From Desulfonatronovibrionaceae bacterium (GTDB lineage Bacteria; Desulfobacterota; Desulfovibrionia; Desulfovibrionales; Desulfonatronovibrionaceae), in NCBI GenBank assembly GCA_046539845.1, contig JBKHGE010000001.1:62001-126000 (forward strand): 64,000 nucleotides of DNA. Direction: 5' to 3'. The first letter of the stretch is position 1, and the number at the start of each line of letters is the position of its first letter. Below, piece after piece: positions 30,146-39,567 of this stretch. The notes under the pieces were generated by a model. That model searched no databases and was not told the origin of the DNA. It was given only the letters and a program-made list of their open reading frames with translations. Made by a program: the position numbers and the translations under genes.

Positions 30146-31153
30146 TTAAAGAATATTCACCGCTTCGGAAGGGATATGCAAAAAGACCTCGGCTCCTACA
30201 AACAATTCCCGGGGATCACAGCTGTTTTTGTCCACAAGCACGCTTATAGGCAATCCGAGGTCCACCAGAACGCGGAAGCGGTCCGCCGCGTCAGTAACCT
30301 GGATAACCCGGCCGGGCCCGAAACCCGCCTTCCCCAGAGCCTGGTCTGTTATACTTATTTTTTCCGCATCCAAAGAGATCCTGGCCTCCGAACCTGAAAG
30401 GGGCCTCAGGGGAAGATCCACTCCGGGACCGAGGCGGCAAACACACTGCCCATGCCCATTCTTGATCACGGTGCCGGAAAAGATGTTCTCCCCCCCTCCG
30501 GAGCTTAAGCGGCCTGCGTACAAATACAGTGCCTTTTCGGCCAGTCTGAAGGCCAGTTGATGGTCATGGGTACAAAAGACTATGCTTACCTTTTTTTGGG
30601 TCTGGATATCCGCGACTATCCTCTCCAGGGCAATCTGATGCTCGGCATCCACGCTGGCCGTGGGCTCATCCAGGCAGAGGACACTGGGAGAGCAGGCCAG
30701 GGCCCGGGCCAGAGCCACTCTCTGGGTCTCCCCCCCGGACAGTCTCCAGCCTTTGGCCCGCTTGAACGCCCGCATGCCGACCAGATCCAGGCATTCCTCC
30801 ACTATACGCCGACGCCTAGCTCTGGAAACCCCACGGATCTTCAGTCCGTAGCCAACATTGGCCTCCACCGAGGCGGTAAAAAGCAAGGGTTGCTGTTCGA
30901 CCAGGACCACCTCCCGCCTAAGCCTCTGCAGGCCCGGACGGGAGCGAAAATCCACCCTGCGGCCCCGGTACTTGAGTTCGCCCTGGGTGGGTCGGTCCAG
31001 AAAACTCAAGATATGCAAAAGAGTGGTCTTACCTGCCCCATTAGGCCCAAGCAGGGCGTAAATCCGGCCGTCCTCCAGGGAGAAGCGTTTCAGATCCAGG
31101 ACCGTACGGCCGGCGTAGGTCTTTTGCAATCCAAGGCCTTCAAACAGCATCAC
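30146..31153 (-). CDS. tupC: Tungstate ABC transporter ATP-binding protein
   Basis: GPNGAGKT, LSGGETQR, LDEPT, C-terminal TOBE-like region. Operonic with tupAB. Confidence 0.88.
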   Translation of the reverse strand: MMLFEGLGLQKTYAGRTVLDLKRFSLEDGRIYALLGPNGAGKTTLLHILSFLDRPTQGELKYRGRRVDFRSRPGLQRLRREVVLVEQQPLLFTASVEANVGYGLKIRGVSRARRRRIVEECLDLVGMRAFKRAKGWRLSGGETQRVALARALACSPSVLCLDEPTASVDAEHQIALERIVADIQTQKKVSIVFCTHDHQLAFRLAEKALYLYAGRLSSGGGENIFSGTVIKNGHGQCVCRLGPGVDLPLRPLSGSEARISLDAEKISITDQALGKAGFGPGRVIQVTDAADRFRVLVDLGLPISVLVDKNSCDPRELFVGAEVFLHIPSEAVNIL

Positions 31154-31845
31154 TTATCCAGCCGCCCCTGACAGAAATTCAACACGATGTTCACCCCCAG
31201 GCTTATGCCGAGCAGAATCAACCCCAGGGCCACTGCCAGGACAAACTCCCCCTTGTTGTATTCCAAGGCCATGGCCGTGGTCATGGTCCGGGTAAAGCCC
31301 CGGGCGTTGCCGCCGAGCATCATGGCCACCCCGATTTCGGCTATCGCCCGGCCGAAAGCGGCAACCACTGCCGCCCCTATTCCAAAGCGGGCCTCGCGTA
31401 AAACCAGAAAAGCGGTCTGCCGGGCATTTGCGCCCAGGGTGAGCGCAGTCCTGCGGTAGCGGGCATCCACCCGGCTGAGCGCGGAAATGGTGAACGCGGC
31501 CACAATGGGCAAGATAAGCAGAGTCTGGCCGATAACAATGGCCTTCTGGGTATACAGCAGATCAAGGCCGCCCAGGGCGCCCTGCCTGGAGATAAACGCA
31601 TACACAAGAAGCCCGATGACCACAGTGGGCACGGAAAGCAGGGTGTTCAGGAGGGTAATTACCGCCCTGCGGCCGGGGAAGTCGCCCATGGCCACAAAAA
31701 ATCCAAGGGGCACGCCCAAAAGAGCGGCCAGTCCGGTTGCACTCAGGCTGACCTTGAGTGAGACTTGGACAATGCTCAAAAGCTCCGGATCCATATCCCG
31801 GATGAGAAGGACCGCGGAGTGCAGGCTATCTAAAAAAAACTGCAT
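31150..31845 (-). CDS. tupB: Tungstate ABC transporter permease
   Basis: SVPTVVIGL, AFGRAIAEIGVAMMLGGN, TRTMTTA. Confidence 0.92.
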   Translation of the reverse strand: MQFFLDSLHSAVLLIRDMDPELLSIVQVSLKVSLSATGLAALLGVPLGFFVAMGDFPGRRAVITLLNTLLSVPTVVIGLLVYAFISRQGALGGLDLLYTQKAIVIGQTLLILPIVAAFTISALSRVDARYRRTALTLGANARQTAFLVLREARFGIGAAVVAAFGRAIAEIGVAMMLGGNARGFTRTMTTAMALEYNKGEFVLAVALGLILLGISLGVNIVLNFCQGRLDK

Positions 31846-31917
31846 ACGCGGGATGTAGCGCAAACCTGGACGGAGGGGAAGGGCCCTAACGCTCCTCCCG
31901 TCGGTCCAAGCAAGGAT

Positions 31918-32823
31918 TTATTGGGCGCTAGTTACGGCCTCGGGAAAAAACAGCTGTTCCCCGTGCAACCTATACTCGGCAATAAGGGACTGTGCCCGTT
32001 CAGAAACCAGCCACCGGGCAAATTTTTCGGCCAGCTCATATTGGACATGGGGATGCTTCTCCGGATTTACCGGGATCACCCCGTAGGGGTTATGCAGGTC
32101 CTCGTCTCCCTGGCAGAGGATCTCCAAATCCAAACCAAAATCACGTCCCAGTTTGTATTTCAGGTAAGTACCCCGGTCGGTCAGCGTATAGGCCTGCTTT
32201 TCTTCGGCAAAGGTAAGGGTCCGGCCCATGCCCTGGCCGATGGAAAAATACCGGTCCCTTTGTCCCTGTTCGGGCCGGACAAAGGTGATTTTTGTCTTTT
32301 CTCCCTTGTCCACAAGCCGGGTGCTGCTTTCCTGCAAGGGGACACCGCTTTTCCTCCACAAAATCTGCTCCTTGGTATGAGTCCCGCTGTCATCTCCGCG
32401 GGAGACAAAAGGGACTTGTCCGCCAGCTATCTTCTGCAAGGCCCTTTTCACATCTTTACTCCCTTTAATGCCCGCAGGATCGTCTTTTGGCCCAACAATA
32501 ACAAAGTCATTGTACATGACCGCATACCTCTTAGTCCCGAAGCCCTGTTCAACAAACTCCTTTTCTCGGGCTTTGGCATGGACAAAAATGATGTCCACAT
32601 TTCCGTCCCTGCCGTCACGGATGGCCGCGCCCGTGCCCTTGGCGATCACCTTGACCGCAATGCCTGTATCCTGTTTAAAAGCAGGCAAAAGCACATCCAA
32701 AAGACCTGAAGATTGCGTGGAAGTGGTCGTGGACATCTCCAGCACCTTGTCCCCGGCCCAACCCTGGCCAATGACACCCAAGAACAAAAAGCACCCCAAC
32801 ACATAGTAAAAAAATTTACGCAT
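31918..32823 (-). CDS. tupA: Tungstate ABC transporter substrate-binding protein
   Basis: Signal peptide, TTTS motif, GTGAA, VHA, SRGDDSGTH, YTLTDRGTY. Confidence 0.94.
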   Translation of the reverse strand: MRKFFYYVLGCFLFLGVIGQGWAGDKVLEMSTTTSTQSSGLLDVLLPAFKQDTGIAVKVIAKGTGAAIRDGRDGNVDIIFVHAKAREKEFVEQGFGTKRYAVMYNDFVIVGPKDDPAGIKGSKDVKRALQKIAGGQVPFVSRGDDSGTHTKEQILWRKSGVPLQESSTRLVDKGEKTKITFVRPEQGQRDRYFSIGQGMGRTLTFAEEKQAYTLTDRGTYLKYKLGRDFGLDLEILCQGDEDLHNPYGVIPVNPEKHPHVQYELAEKFARWLVSERAQSLIAEYRLHGEQLFFPEAVTSAQ

Positions 32824-32861
32824 AACACCCTCCTATTGCAGCGAAAACAGCGATACTTGTG

Positions 32862-32894
32862 ACTTGTTCGACATATATCATAACCGACACAAGT
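32862..32894. promoter_or_regulatory. Imperfect inverted repeat upstream of tupA; candidate tungstate/molybdate regulator site
   Basis: ACTTGT-TCG...CGAC-ACAAGT arms around an AT-rich core, about 40 bp before the tupA start. Regulator identity is inference. Confidence 0.4.
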
Positions 32895-33006
32895 GTAAGT
32901 GTCCAGACTTTGACCGGAGACAAGGATTATTCCTTGCCAGGAAAAGGCCTGGGCTTTAGACTGGGAGTCAAATTTTAGGTAACCCAAACTTTAAGAGGAG
33001 GTCATA

Positions 33007-33390
33007 ATGAGCAAAATCGGTCTGTTCCGCTGTGCGGACAATGAACGCAAATGCCCGCTTACGAGCTGCTTTAAATCCTTGAACCACAGGGAACAGGGCT
33101 TTGCCGGATATGCGGATACCGAACTAGTCGGGGTGTTCACTCTACAAAAGGACACGGAAGAAAATCTGGCACTGGCCAAAATACTCAAGGCCAAGGGGGC
33201 TGAAGCCATCCATCTGGTCACTTGCGCCTTTGCCCGCAAAGGGGAGGGAAAGACCTGGCACCTGGGGGGCGGTTTTATCGAACAAACTTCCGCCTTGGCC
33301 CAAAAGATTGCCGAAGCCACCAACCTGCCCTGCATCAAGGGTTCGGCCCATCTGCCGGCCGACTATAAACCGGAGATATTTAATCCCTAA
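33007..33390 (+). CDS. CGGC-domain-like protein with degenerate motif
   Basis: KIGLFRC...CPLTSC...F..Y...ELVGVFT...GAEAIHLVTC...KGSAH follows the CGGC family layout, but the central cysteines are absent. GAGGAGG SD. Confidence 0.7.
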   Translation: MSKIGLFRCADNERKCPLTSCFKSLNHREQGFAGYADTELVGVFTLQKDTEENLALAKILKAKGAEAIHLVTCAFARKGEGKTWHLGGGFIEQTSALAQKIAEATNLPCIKGSAHLPADYKPEIFNP

Positions 33391-33469
33391 CAGCCGGGAA
33401 AACGGGAGGGAGAGATGCCCGTCTGCAAGCGCCCGGCAAGGAGCAAAAAACCTAGCGAAAAGCTACCCA

Positions 33470-34441
33470 TCAAACCCAGCCCAAAACCTCTTCTGTGAAA
33501 TAAGACAAAATAAGTCCGGCACCGGCCCGCTTGATACCGGTCAGGCTCTCCAAGACCACTTCTTTTTCATCCAGCCAGCCCTGAAGCGCGGCTGCCTTGA
33601 GCATGCTGTACTCCCCGCTTACCTGATACGCAGCCAACGGGAGGTCAATATTGTCTCTTAGCCGCCGCAAAACATCCAGATAGGGCATGGCCGGCTTGAC
33701 CATCAAAATATCCGCGCCCTCATTCCTGTCCGCCCGGGCCTCACGCACCGCCTCCAAAGAGTTGGCCGGATCCATCTGGTATGACTTTCTGTCTCCGAAC
33801 TGGGGCGAGCTCTGGGCTGCATCCCGGAACGGGCCGTAAAATGAAGAGGCGTATTTGACCGCATAACTCATAATGGGCAGTTCTACATATCCGGCCTCGT
33901 CCAAGGCCCGGCGGACGGCCTGAACCCGGCCGTCCATCATATCCGAGGGCGCGACCATGTCCGCTCCGGCCCGGGCATGACTGACGGCTGTTCGGGCCAA
34001 AAGCTCCAGGGTGGGATCGTTTTGGACATACTGCTCGCGGATAAGCCCGCAATGACCGTGCGAGGTATACTCGCAGAGGCAGACATCGGTTATGACCATC
34101 AGATCCGGAAATCTTTCCTTGAGCGCAGCCACGCTTTTCTGAATGATCCCCTCCCCGGCATAGGCGCCGCTGCCCTGGGGGTCCTTTTTCTCCGGGATGC
34201 CGAAAAGGATCAGCGAACGTAGTCCCCTGTCCCTTGCAGCTGAGACCCGCTCCAAAAGACGGGAAAGGCTTAACTGGCTCTGGCCGGGCATGGATGGTAT
34301 ATGAGACTCAAAGTCTTTATTTGCGGTTTCAACCACAAAATAGGGCTGGACCAAATTTTCCGGACGCAAAACCGTTTCCCGGACCAGCTCACGTATCTGC
34401 CCGCTTTGCCTCAGTCTTCTGCCGCGAAAAAAAGTGCTCAT
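33470..34441 (-). CDS. hemB: Porphobilinogen synthase
   Basis: DVCLCEYTSHGHCG, PSDMMDGRV, YGPFRDA, MVKPA, AYQVSGEY. Confidence 0.97.
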   Translation of the reverse strand: MSTFFRGRRLRQSGQIRELVRETVLRPENLVQPYFVVETANKDFESHIPSMPGQSQLSLSRLLERVSAARDRGLRSLILFGIPEKKDPQGSGAYAGEGIIQKSVAALKERFPDLMVITDVCLCEYTSHGHCGLIREQYVQNDPTLELLARTAVSHARAGADMVAPSDMMDGRVQAVRRALDEAGYVELPIMSYAVKYASSFYGPFRDAAQSSPQFGDRKSYQMDPANSLEAVREARADRNEGADILMVKPAMPYLDVLRRLRDNIDLPLAAYQVSGEYSMLKAAALQGWLDEKEVVLESLTGIKRAGAGLILSYFTEEVLGWV

Positions 34442-34464
34442 TTGCTACCCCAGGTCTTTGCCTT

Positions 34465-35649
34465 TTATTCTATCCCGATTTCCTCATCCGTTAAATAACA
34501 GGCCGGATCCGGGGCCCAGACATCTCCGTAATAGGCCTCGGCCCGGGCCCGGAAATTCCCGGCACAGATGGGAAGATACTTGCACTTGGCGCACCTGCCG
34601 GTCACATAGTTTTTTTTGTCCTTTAGCTTGGACAAAAGTTCTATGTTTTCATCCATCCAAATTTCGGAAAAGCGGCGCTCCAGAACATTGCCGAAGACAT
34701 GTTCCCGCCAGAACTGATCCGCATGCACGGCGCCGTCCCAGGAGATACAGCCAATTCCCCGTCCGGAATTGTTGCCCTCATTGTAACTAAGGAGTTTCAT
34801 CACTTCCTCGGCCCGGTCAGGGTCCTCTTTGCGCAGCCGCAGATACAGATAGGGTCCGTCGGCATGATTGTCCACGGTCAATACCTCGGTAGGTCTGCCG
34901 CGGTCAAAAAGGGCCTTGGTCCTGTCGATTATAAGATCGACCACCTTCCGGGTCTCGGCATGGTCCAAATCTTCCTTCATTAGCTCCGTTCCCCGACCGG
35001 AATATACCAAGTGATAAAAACACACCCTAGGCACTTCCAGGCGCTCCAAAATATCGAATACCTCGGGCACTTCCTGCACATTGCGACGGTTTAAGGTAAA
35101 ACGCAACCCGACCTTGAGGCCTTCCGCCTGGCAGTTTTCCACGCCCTGCATGGCCTTTTTAAACGCGCCGGGCACACCCCGGAAATGGTCGTGCACTTCC
35201 TCCCCGCCGTCCAGTGATATCCCGACATAGGAAAGCCCCACTTGTTTAAGCTCCCGGGCCTTTTGCGCGGTAATAAGGGTACCGTTGGTGGATATAACCG
35301 CCCGCATACCCTTGGAAACAGCATGGCTGGCAAGTTCCGGCAGGTCCTTGCGGACCAAAGGTTCTCCCCCGGAAAAGAGCATAACCGGAGATCCGAACTC
35401 AGCCAAATCATCTATTATTCCCTTGGCCGCCTGGGTATCAATCTCGTCTCTGCCCTCCGGGTCAACGGCTTGGGCATAGCAGTGAACACATTTTAAGTTG
35501 CACCTCCGGGTCATGTTCCAGACCACGACCGGCTTTTTGTCCTTGGAAAACTGCAAAAGATGGGAGGGCAAATCCTTTGAATTGCGACCGTAGCGCAGGG
35601 GATCCGAGGCCTCTATATTCCCGCAGTAAAGCTTGGATACTCCTATCAT
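34465..35649 (-). CDS. ahbC: Radical SAM protein AhbC (NirJ1) of the alternative, siroheme-dependent heme pathway
   Basis: MIGVSKLYCG, KPVVVWNMTRRCNLKCVHCY, VDNHADG, HADQFWR, SPASM-type Cys cluster. Adjacent to hemB. Confidence 0.88.
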   Translation of the reverse strand: MIGVSKLYCGNIEASDPLRYGRNSKDLPSHLLQFSKDKKPVVVWNMTRRCNLKCVHCYAQAVDPEGRDEIDTQAAKGIIDDLAEFGSPVMLFSGGEPLVRKDLPELASHAVSKGMRAVISTNGTLITAQKARELKQVGLSYVGISLDGGEEVHDHFRGVPGAFKKAMQGVENCQAEGLKVGLRFTLNRRNVQEVPEVFDILERLEVPRVCFYHLVYSGRGTELMKEDLDHAETRKVVDLIIDRTKALFDRGRPTEVLTVDNHADGPYLYLRLRKEDPDRAEEVMKLLSYNEGNNSGRGIGCISWDGAVHADQFWREHVFGNVLERRFSEIWMDENIELLSKLKDKKNYVTGRCAKCKYLPICAGNFRARAEAYYGDVWAPDPACYLTDEEIGIE

Positions 35650-35856
35650 CTGTTGTCTATCCTTTATGTTTTTTATGCACATTTTAACCCGAAGCCAAGT
35701 CGGGCGCGGCGGAAAAGTCTTAGACTATCCGCAAGGCAGGTGTTTTTCAAGGAGGAGAAAAAGGGGCATCCCGGAAAGGCAGCAGTTTGAAGGCGGCTTT
35801 TGAGGAAGACAATACCTGGCGCAAAATGAGCAAAGGCCCCACAGGGGTTTTAAAGA

Positions 35857-36192
35857 TTACTGCACAGTGTCGGTCGGGGGATCAGCCAGGTGCATAGTCT
35901 CCACGAGCTGGCGTCTGGATTGCCTCAAACCCTTTATCAACTCCAAGCGGGTCTCCCGTGGCAGCCTGCCAAACTCTTTACGCCCGGCCAGCTCGTTCAG
36001 CTTGTGCATTTCCTGCTTTATTTTCTGCACCCGGGTGCCAAAAACACCGTTATCCGGGACCACTCGCTCGGCCACATCAGCCAGCTGCATAAGCTCTTCA
36101 GCCAGCCTCTGGAACTCGCGCGGGGAGATGCTCTTGCGCGCGGACCGTCTGGCCCTGATCCGGTTTACATATGCGCTGATCTTCTTGAACAT
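35857..36192 (-). CDS. Hypothetical helical protein
   Basis: 111-aa ORF directly downstream of the YIP1 gene, same strand. Confidence 0.6.
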   Translation of the reverse strand: MFKKISAYVNRIRARRSARKSISPREFQRLAEELMQLADVAERVVPDNGVFGTRVQKIKQEMHKLNELAGRKEFGRLPRETRLELIKGLRQSRRQLVETMHLADPPTDTVQ

Positions 36193-36195
36193 GGC

Positions 36196-37068
36196 TCATA
36201 TTACCCCGAGCAGGGCAAAGAAAATAATCAGCACCACCACGGCGATAAAAGGGAGTAGAAAAGCGAGAATGACCCGGCCATAGGTGGTGGCGTGCATATT
36301 CTTATAACCGACAATGGTTACCACCAAGGCCCATATGCCTCCGACCATAGGCCCCAAAAAGGGGATTACCCCCAGAATCATCGGCGAGTTGCCGTAGCTT
36401 ACCACCCGGAATGTACCCTCAAAGCCCCGGGAACCGGCCCCGCAAAGCTTTAAGAGAAGGTGGTTGATCCCGGCGACCACAAAGAGCATAACAGTCAAAA
36501 CTACCGGATAGACAACCAGCAGGGCTACGGACCCGGCTCCCATCACCCCTAGGCCGACCATACCCGCCTCCTGGCTGTGGCCCCCCATGGTGGGCATAAG
36601 GCCCATCATCTGCCATATAAAAGTGGCCACTGCCTGCAGTTCGGTCAATATAAGGTAAAACACAAGCGGCCTTGCCAGCCCTTTGCGAGGCATGCCGGAA
36701 AAAAAGGCCGCCGGAGAAAGCATGGCCTTTTTGATTGTCCCGAAAAACCCGGGGAAAAAACCTTCTTCCTCCAGATTCTCCCAAGGCACCTCCTCCTTAC
36801 CGGTAAAGCGGTCCGCATCCGGACCCTCACCTTCCGCGTCCAGGGCCTCGTTCCGGCCCATGCTCTCCAGCTGGGACCAGATATTTTCCTCTCCCTCGGG
36901 GACCTTTCGGTCCTCCTGAGGGGCTGGCGGCTCGGAGACCTCATTTTCTTCCGGTCTGAAGACAAACCTGGCCCCGCATTTGGGACAGGTGGCCTTCCTG
37001 GCCTGGGAGGGGATCTTGTCCTCCGGCACTTCCCGGCCGAACTCGCATTTCGGACATTGTATATACAT
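36196..37068 (-). CDS. Zinc-ribbon plus YIP1-domain membrane protein
   Basis: N-terminal CPKC...CPKC, acidic linker, PWE...P..FF and a multi-TM YIP1-like C-terminus. Confidence 0.8.
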   Translation of the reverse strand: MYIQCPKCEFGREVPEDKIPSQARKATCPKCGARFVFRPEENEVSEPPAPQEDRKVPEGEENIWSQLESMGRNEALDAEGEGPDADRFTGKEEVPWENLEEEGFFPGFFGTIKKAMLSPAAFFSGMPRKGLARPLVFYLILTELQAVATFIWQMMGLMPTMGGHSQEAGMVGLGVMGAGSVALLVVYPVVLTVMLFVVAGINHLLLKLCGAGSRGFEGTFRVVSYGNSPMILGVIPFLGPMVGGIWALVVTIVGYKNMHATTYGRVILAFLLPFIAVVVLIIFFALLGVI

Positions 37069-37320
37069 AAAGCCCCCTTTCCGGACATCAAAATTTACTG
37101 TCTCTTAACTGCCACCCGGGCGTTTGGCAAGGGCCCGGCCGGGTGCTGCAAAGCCGCTCCGGCCCGTCCCAAAGACAAACCGCCAGCCTAAAAACCATCA
37201 TTGTCCAAGCCTAGACTGCATTAAGCCAGCCAAAAACAAAAGGCTAAAGCGGCCGCCAAGCGCAAAAAACCCGGGAAAATATTCTCCCGGGTCAAATAGA
37301 CATACCAGTTACCTTCCGGC

Positions 37321-37683
37321 CTAGTAAATATCTTCAAATGCGGACTTTAACTCCTGCAAAATTTTAAGGACTTCATCAACCATCTTCACGTCCATCTTAA
37401 GATTAGCGGTCAACAACCTGGTCTGACAAAAGATATACAGGCTGTGCATGTTCTGGGCCAGTTCGCCACCTTTGTGCATGTTCAGGCTAGAATCCAGTTC
37501 GTTAATCACGTCCAAAGCCTGGCTGATAAGGGTCCCTTTCCCGGCGTAATCCTTTTCCTCCATTTTCTGCCGGGCCTGCTCCAGATAGCGGACTGCTGCG
37601 CTGAACAACAGTATCACCAGCTCTTCCTGGCTGGTGGTATGCACCTTGGTCTGCATATATGCCCTGGCCGCTGTGGTGCGCAT
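37321..37683 (-). CDS. fliS: Flagellar export chaperone FliS
   Basis: AY.QT.V.T.SQEEL..LL, ELDSSLNM..GGELAQN..SLY. Follows fliD. Confidence 0.93.
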   Translation of the reverse strand: MRTTAARAYMQTKVHTTSQEELVILLFSAAVRYLEQARQKMEEKDYAGKGTLISQALDVINELDSSLNMHKGGELAQNMHSLYIFCQTRLLTANLKMDVKMVDEVLKILQELKSAFEDIY

Positions 37684-37720
37684 TAAATCCTCCTTTGGCT
37701 CAGCCCTTGGCAGGGGTTGA

Positions 37721-39418
37721 TTAATCGTTATTCAGCTTCTTCAGCTGGGAGTTAAGCATGGACTGCATGTTGTCGTAGTACCCAAGCAGGGATTCCGTCT
37801 GGGCGAATTTGGTCCGCAGGTTACGCTCGTATTTGTCCAGGCGCTTAAGCTCACTTTCGATTTTCTTGTCGATATTGTCCACAATATCGTAATAATTGTC
37901 CTCTAAAACGTCAAAAGTCCCGTCCGATTTAGTCAACGTACGCAATGTATCCTTGAGCTGCACCGCCTTGCCTTCCTTGACCGAGACCGAGCCGCCATAA
38001 TCCCCTTGATTCAGATTGTCCACCTGCAGGGCCAAACCTTTGGCCGGTCCCTCATTGGCGGTTATGACGTTATCCTCTATTCCGGCTTCCTTGCCGTCTA
38101 TCATGGCCGAGGTTATATTCCCCGTATCATCCACCGAATACTGGACATCATACACCCCGGGCTGGGTTGTCCCCTTGACCGTGGAATAGACCTTGAAATT
38201 CGGTGAATCGGTCTCAGCCACCCCGTCCGCACTGAAGAGCTTGGCCACCTCCTCCGGGTCCTGCTCCAGGGCCTTGGAGAGCTTGGTCTGATCCACCTTG
38301 AGGAGCCCAAAGTCCGGGGAACTGGTATCAGTTTCCGTGGTGATCCCCACGCTGCCCAGGGAGGTAAACGGGTCTATGTCCCGCTCAAATCCGAGACCCT
38401 TGGAGGCCAAAACATCCTTGATCCGTTGCTTGGCCATCTGCACGCCATAGTTTCCGGTGAGCTCCGAGCCTTCTACATCCTCCCCAGAGGTTTCTACCTT
38501 CATCTTCTCCTGAAGCAGGGACAAAACCTCGTTTACATCCTCAACAAACCCGCTTACGTTTTCTTTTATGGCCGCGTCATCATTGGCCACGGTAACCTGG
38601 CTTGTCCCCAAATCCTTGAGATTCAGGGTCACCCCCTTAATCAGATCATCAACCGTATTCGTGCTGCGCTCGATGTAAGTCCCGTCGTCCGGGAACCCGT
38701 CCAGCCTCATCTGCGCGTTCTGGGCATTTTGCACAGTTGAGAAGTCGTCATCGTCAACATTCGTGTCCCCGTTAGAATCAAATCCGTCCGGCCCGTCACT
38801 TACACTCAGGGTGTTGGCGGCACCGAGATCAAGCCCGGTCAACTGCAGCCTGTAGTCCCCGTCGCCTTTCTTTATGCTCCCGGCCCGTACGCCGGGGTTG
38901 TCCGGATCGGAATTAATTATATTTATCAGCCCATCCAGTGAGGTCCCTTCCGGGACCTCCACACTTATGGTCTCCGAGCCATAGGTATATTCAAATGTGC
39001 TGTCTCCGCTGGAGGAAACCTGGTCATCCGGAGAGGAAAAGCCGGCCTTGCTGACCATTATCTCGTTCTGGGCCAACTGGTTTACCTCGACATTGTGCGT
39101 GCCCTCTTCCGCTTCAGTGGAAGCGGAGGCGGTAAGCACTGAACTATCCGAAGATGAGGCCTCCTTTACAAAAAACTCGTCCACCGTATCCATTTTACCC
39201 AGATTGGACTCTAGCGAGGTCATAGAGGAATTCACCTCCTCAAAGGCCTCGATCTTTGACTCCCAGTCCTCCTTCCAGTCCTCAAGTTGTTTGACTCGAA
39301 AACTCTCGGCCTTAACCAGCTGGTCAATCATGGAATCAAAATCCACGTCCGAGCCCAGGCCGTTGAACCGGATGGATCCGGATGTAAGGTAGTCATTGGT
39401 GTCATTGGTGTCTGACAT
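37721..39418 (-). CDS. fliD: Flagellar cap protein FliD
   Basis: GLGSDVDFDSMIDQLVKAE, VNQLAQ, AQNAQ, C-terminal coiled coil. Confidence 0.93.
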   Translation of the reverse strand: MSDTNDTNDYLTSGSIRFNGLGSDVDFDSMIDQLVKAESFRVKQLEDWKEDWESKIEAFEEVNSSMTSLESNLGKMDTVDEFFVKEASSSDSSVLTASASTEAEEGTHNVEVNQLAQNEIMVSKAGFSSPDDQVSSSGDSTFEYTYGSETISVEVPEGTSLDGLINIINSDPDNPGVRAGSIKKGDGDYRLQLTGLDLGAANTLSVSDGPDGFDSNGDTNVDDDDFSTVQNAQNAQMRLDGFPDDGTYIERSTNTVDDLIKGVTLNLKDLGTSQVTVANDDAAIKENVSGFVEDVNEVLSLLQEKMKVETSGEDVEGSELTGNYGVQMAKQRIKDVLASKGLGFERDIDPFTSLGSVGITTETDTSSPDFGLLKVDQTKLSKALEQDPEEVAKLFSADGVAETDSPNFKVYSTVKGTTQPGVYDVQYSVDDTGNITSAMIDGKEAGIEDNVITANEGPAKGLALQVDNLNQGDYGGSVSVKEGKAVQLKDTLRTLTKSDGTFDVLEDNYYDIVDNIDKKIESELKRLDKYERNLRTKFAQTESLLGYYDNMQSMLNSQLKKLNND

Positions 39419-39468
39419 TGTGTCCTCCCGGAAAAATCTGCAGGGAACTGTTTTCTTGGATATCCTTA

Positions 39469-39484
39469 TGCAAGAAAAGTTCCG
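39469..39484 (-). promoter_or_regulatory. Candidate sigma54 (-24/-12) promoter for fliD-fliS
   Basis: Minus strand reads CGGAACTTTTCTTGCA, i.e. GG-N10-GC with TTGCA, about 50 bp upstream of the fliD ATG. Confidence 0.6.
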
Positions 39485-39507
39485 CAGAACACACCAACGC
39501 GGCTAGC

Positions 39508-39540
39508 AAAAGGGCCGGGCCGCTCCTGCGACCCGGCCCC
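39508..39540 (-). terminator. Intrinsic terminator after fliC
   Basis: GC-rich stem GGGCCGGG...CCCGGCCC followed by TTTT on the - strand. Confidence 0.7.
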
Positions 39541-39567
39541 GGTTAATCGTCTCTATGTACGGCTGTG

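Noticed and set aside
39391..39411. 9-bp tandem repeat at the fliD start (DTNDTND)
   Set aside because: Only about two in-frame copies, too short to suggest phase variation.
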